Origin: Methanotrichaceae archaeon
Lineage (GTDB): Archaea; Halobacteriota; Methanosarcinia; Methanotrichales; Methanotrichaceae
DNA length: 64,000 nt
Assembly: GCA_963748825.1 (NCBI GenBank)
Contig: CAVVKN010000009.1
Span: 96,001 to 160,000, forward strand
Direction of reading: 5' to 3'
Shown here: one piece after another, positions 62,004 to 64,000 of the stretch
Position numbering within the stretch: the first letter of the stretch is position 1
How the letters are laid out: the number at the start of each line of letters is the position of its first letter
Notes under the pieces: generated by a model
Told to the model about the DNA's origin: nothing
What the model saw: the letters and a program-made list of their open reading frames with translations, nothing else
The model's database searches: none
Made by a program: the position numbers and the translations under genes

Positions 62004-62375
62004 TTAAATATCTTCTTGAGAGACGATCCTGGCTGCGTACCCGATCGCCGCCCGCACATCCTCTTGACTTATCCCATACTCCTGGGCAGCCTCATCGATC
62101 TGCATGCCCCCGGCCAGCGCCCCCAGGATGACGTCCACAGGCACCCGCGTTCCCAGCACGACGGGCCTGTAGTGAGCGATCCTGGGATCGACCACGATTC
62201 GCTCTTCCAGCTGCGGGGGAATATCGCAGCCCTCATAGCCACTCTCCTCGCAATCACGGGAAAGCTCTTCTATAAACGCCTCATTGTAATTGGTCTCGCC
62301 CACAAAGCCGTAATACTGACGGGTCTTGGATTGCCTGCGAGCTGCGGTCTTATCACCTGCAATCTCATCGGTCAT
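62004..62375 (-). CDS. DUF433 antitoxin-like protein with N-terminal extension
   Basis: RIVVDP.I....PV..GTRVPV..IL..LA.G....E....Y.I..EDVRAA..YA. Confidence 0.85.
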   Translation of the reverse strand: MTDEIAGDKTAARRQSKTRQYYGFVGETNYNEAFIEELSRDCEESGYEGCDIPPQLEERIVVDPRIAHYRPVVLGTRVPVDVILGALAGGMQIDEAAQEYGISQEDVRAAIGYAARIVSQEDI

Positions 62376-62686
62376 TCTTTGCTGCCTCCCAGTTTCTCTT
62401 TCTTTATTCTCTCGATTCCCAGGAAGATATCATCAATTCCAAGATCACACACGTAAGAGCGCTCTTTGCTGTAGTCGCCCTTCCCAGGATTCTGGCTCTG
62501 CCACTGGCGAACGGCATCTATCGGGCTTGGACATTTGCCAGGTGGATTGTGGTGCTTTTCATCGCCGGGCGCGGTCTCTTCATCATAATCCCAGATTTCC
62601 GATTCGATGATCTCATCAATTAGCTTCTGGTCGTCAAGCTGAATGGAACCGGCCAAGCGCTCCGCGATGCTCAGTTTATGATCCAT
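62372..62686 (-). CDS. Chimeric antitoxin-like protein without a DNA-binding domain
   Basis: N-terminus IAERLAGSIQLDDQKLIDEIIESEIW matches the tail of 60960-61178; GAGGA RBS; ATGA overlap with the next gene. Confidence 0.75.
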   Translation of the reverse strand: MDHKLSIAERLAGSIQLDDQKLIDEIIESEIWDYDEETAPGDEKHHNPPGKCPSPIDAVRQWQSQNPGKGDYSKERSYVCDLGIDDIFLGIERIKKEKLGGSKE

Positions 62687-62771
62687 GAATCCTCTAATTG
62701 CGTGTCTATTCTATTCCGGCCCGTGGCGCATCATCCGTGTTTCATCTTGGCGCGAGCGCCGCCATCTTCCA

Positions 62772-62848
62772 AGGCACGCGCCCGGTCGCCCGCGGGTGGG
62801 CGGAGGCCTGACGGGGCAGGCAGGCCCAGAACACGAATCGAAACCAAT
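62772..62848. repeat. GC-rich dispersed element, copy B
   Basis: Same three blocks as 61309-61429 with shorter spacers. Confidence 0.85.
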
Positions 62849-63056
62849 CATAAAATCAGATTCTCGGCCTGGTAATATTTACCCAAATCCTGCTCCTTGT
62901 CGGAAGCTCCTCGGGAAGATGCGGCTCCCGCAGATTTTTCCAGTAATATAAATCATCTTTCGAGGTGCACACGTACATCTTCGCCAGATTCTCAAAAGGC
63001 GCGAAATCTAATTCTGCCCCGTAAGGGATCATCCCGTCGGCTACAACTACATCGAG

Positions 63057-63860
63057 CTAAGGCCTCATGCGGGCCTTGATCTCCACCACATCGCTCTCAA
63101 TCCTCTGCAGCCGCTCATCCACGCGATCCTTCAAATCCGAGCGCAGGCCCTGCACCTCGGAGACGACGTCCGCGCGGGCTTCGTCAATGGCATCAATCAC
63201 AGAGTCTTGCTTTGCGGAGATCTCGCGGAGCTGTGCGTTGTTTTCCTTGAAGCCGCTTCTCGTCTCAGCTATCATCTCGTCCTGCTTTCCGGATAGCTCC
63301 TTGAAGCCGCCTCTCGTCTCAGCTATCATCTCGTCCTGCTTTCCGGATAGCTCTTTGAAGCCGCCTCTCGTCTCAGCTATCATCTCGTCCTGCTTTCCGG
63401 ATAGCTCCTTGAAGCCGCCTCTCATCTCCACAATCATTTCGTCCTGTTTTTGGGAGATCTCTTTCAGGCTACCGTCCATGCCCCCGAGCTTGGAGACAGT
63501 CTCCTTGAAACCGTCTTTCACTACCATAATCAGTTCTTTAAGATGACTGGCAGCAACATCAAGCCGGGCATCGGTCTCATTCTCTCCAGCCACCTTGAAA
63601 AAGTCGTCGTAAGCACCCAATGCATCGGAAAACTCGCTTTGAATATCATCAACTTTGATCAGAGTATTTTCAATTTTTATGGCCTTAAGAAACCTCTCCT
63701 GATCGTCAAGGGGGCCCTCGGCCAATATCTTCACTCTGCCGTCCGGCAGATTTCTTACATACCCTTTAAGGCCAAATGCTCTGGCTATGGTCACTACCTT
63801 GGATCTGTAGCCGGCCATCTGCACTTTTCCAGAGACAAAGGCAGTGAGTTTATGCATCAA
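63057..63860 (-). CDS. Acylphosphatase domain fused to a repetitive coiled coil
   Basis: VSGKVQMAGYR and GYVRNLPDGRV motifs; helical C-terminal half. Confidence 0.88.
   Translation of the reverse strand: MMHKLTAFVSGKVQMAGYRSKVVTIARAFGLKGYVRNLPDGRVKILAEGPLDDQERFLKAIKIENTLIKVDDIQSEFSDALGAYDDFFKVAGENETDARLDVAASHLKELIMVVKDGFKETVSKLGGMDGSLKEISQKQDEMIVEMRGGFKELSGKQDEMIAETRGGFKELSGKQDEMIAETRGGFKELSGKQDEMIAETRSGFKENNAQLREISAKQDSVIDAIDEARADVVSEVQGLRSDLKDRVDERLQRIESDVVEIKARMRP
63245..63467 (-). repeat. Intragenic 54-bp tandem repeat (GGFKELSGKQDEMIAETR), three near-perfect copies plus one degenerate
   Basis: Anchor ttgaagccgc at 63247, 63301, 63355 and 63409. Confidence 0.93.
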
Positions 63861-64000
63861 TTTAATTATTCTCTCTTTTCATATTTGGACTTTAGCATGA
63901 GGTCGCTTTCAATCGCAGATCTTCACAACTCTTTCATCTCGTCTATGAAAGCAGGCTTTCTCTTATGCTCTATCCTCAGCCGCCCTACGATCTCTGAAAC

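Overview
Chromosomal window of a methanogenic archaeon, most likely Methanothrix/Methanosaeta (inferred from gene content, not from a search). It is mostly housekeeping DNA: the complete mtrEDCBAFGH operon, mtd, cofD and cofG; isoprenoid and archaeol lipid genes (thiolase/HMG-CoA synthase/DUF35, carS, egsA, uppS); aIF1A-rio1-KH; RPA, top6BA and pyrG; four tRNAs (two with BHB introns); and a glycogen cluster headed by a KaiC-like ATPase. Three AT-richer accessory patches lie at about 7.6-11.7 kb, 32.5-36.2 kb and 57.3-64 kb. The last holds a shattered ABC-ATPase/TOPRIM defence gene and a toxin-antitoxin zone. The best novelty candidates are: (1) a three-gene minus-strand unit made only of antitoxin-like segments, one clearly sharing the tail of the neighbouring AbrB/VapB antitoxin and preceded by the same GC-rich repeat element; (2) two unannotated single-helix membrane micro-proteins, each downstream of a TACC-T6 repeat array; (3) a CTG start codon on the aIF1A gene. 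All family calls are by-eye motif recognition and need HMM or structure confirmation.
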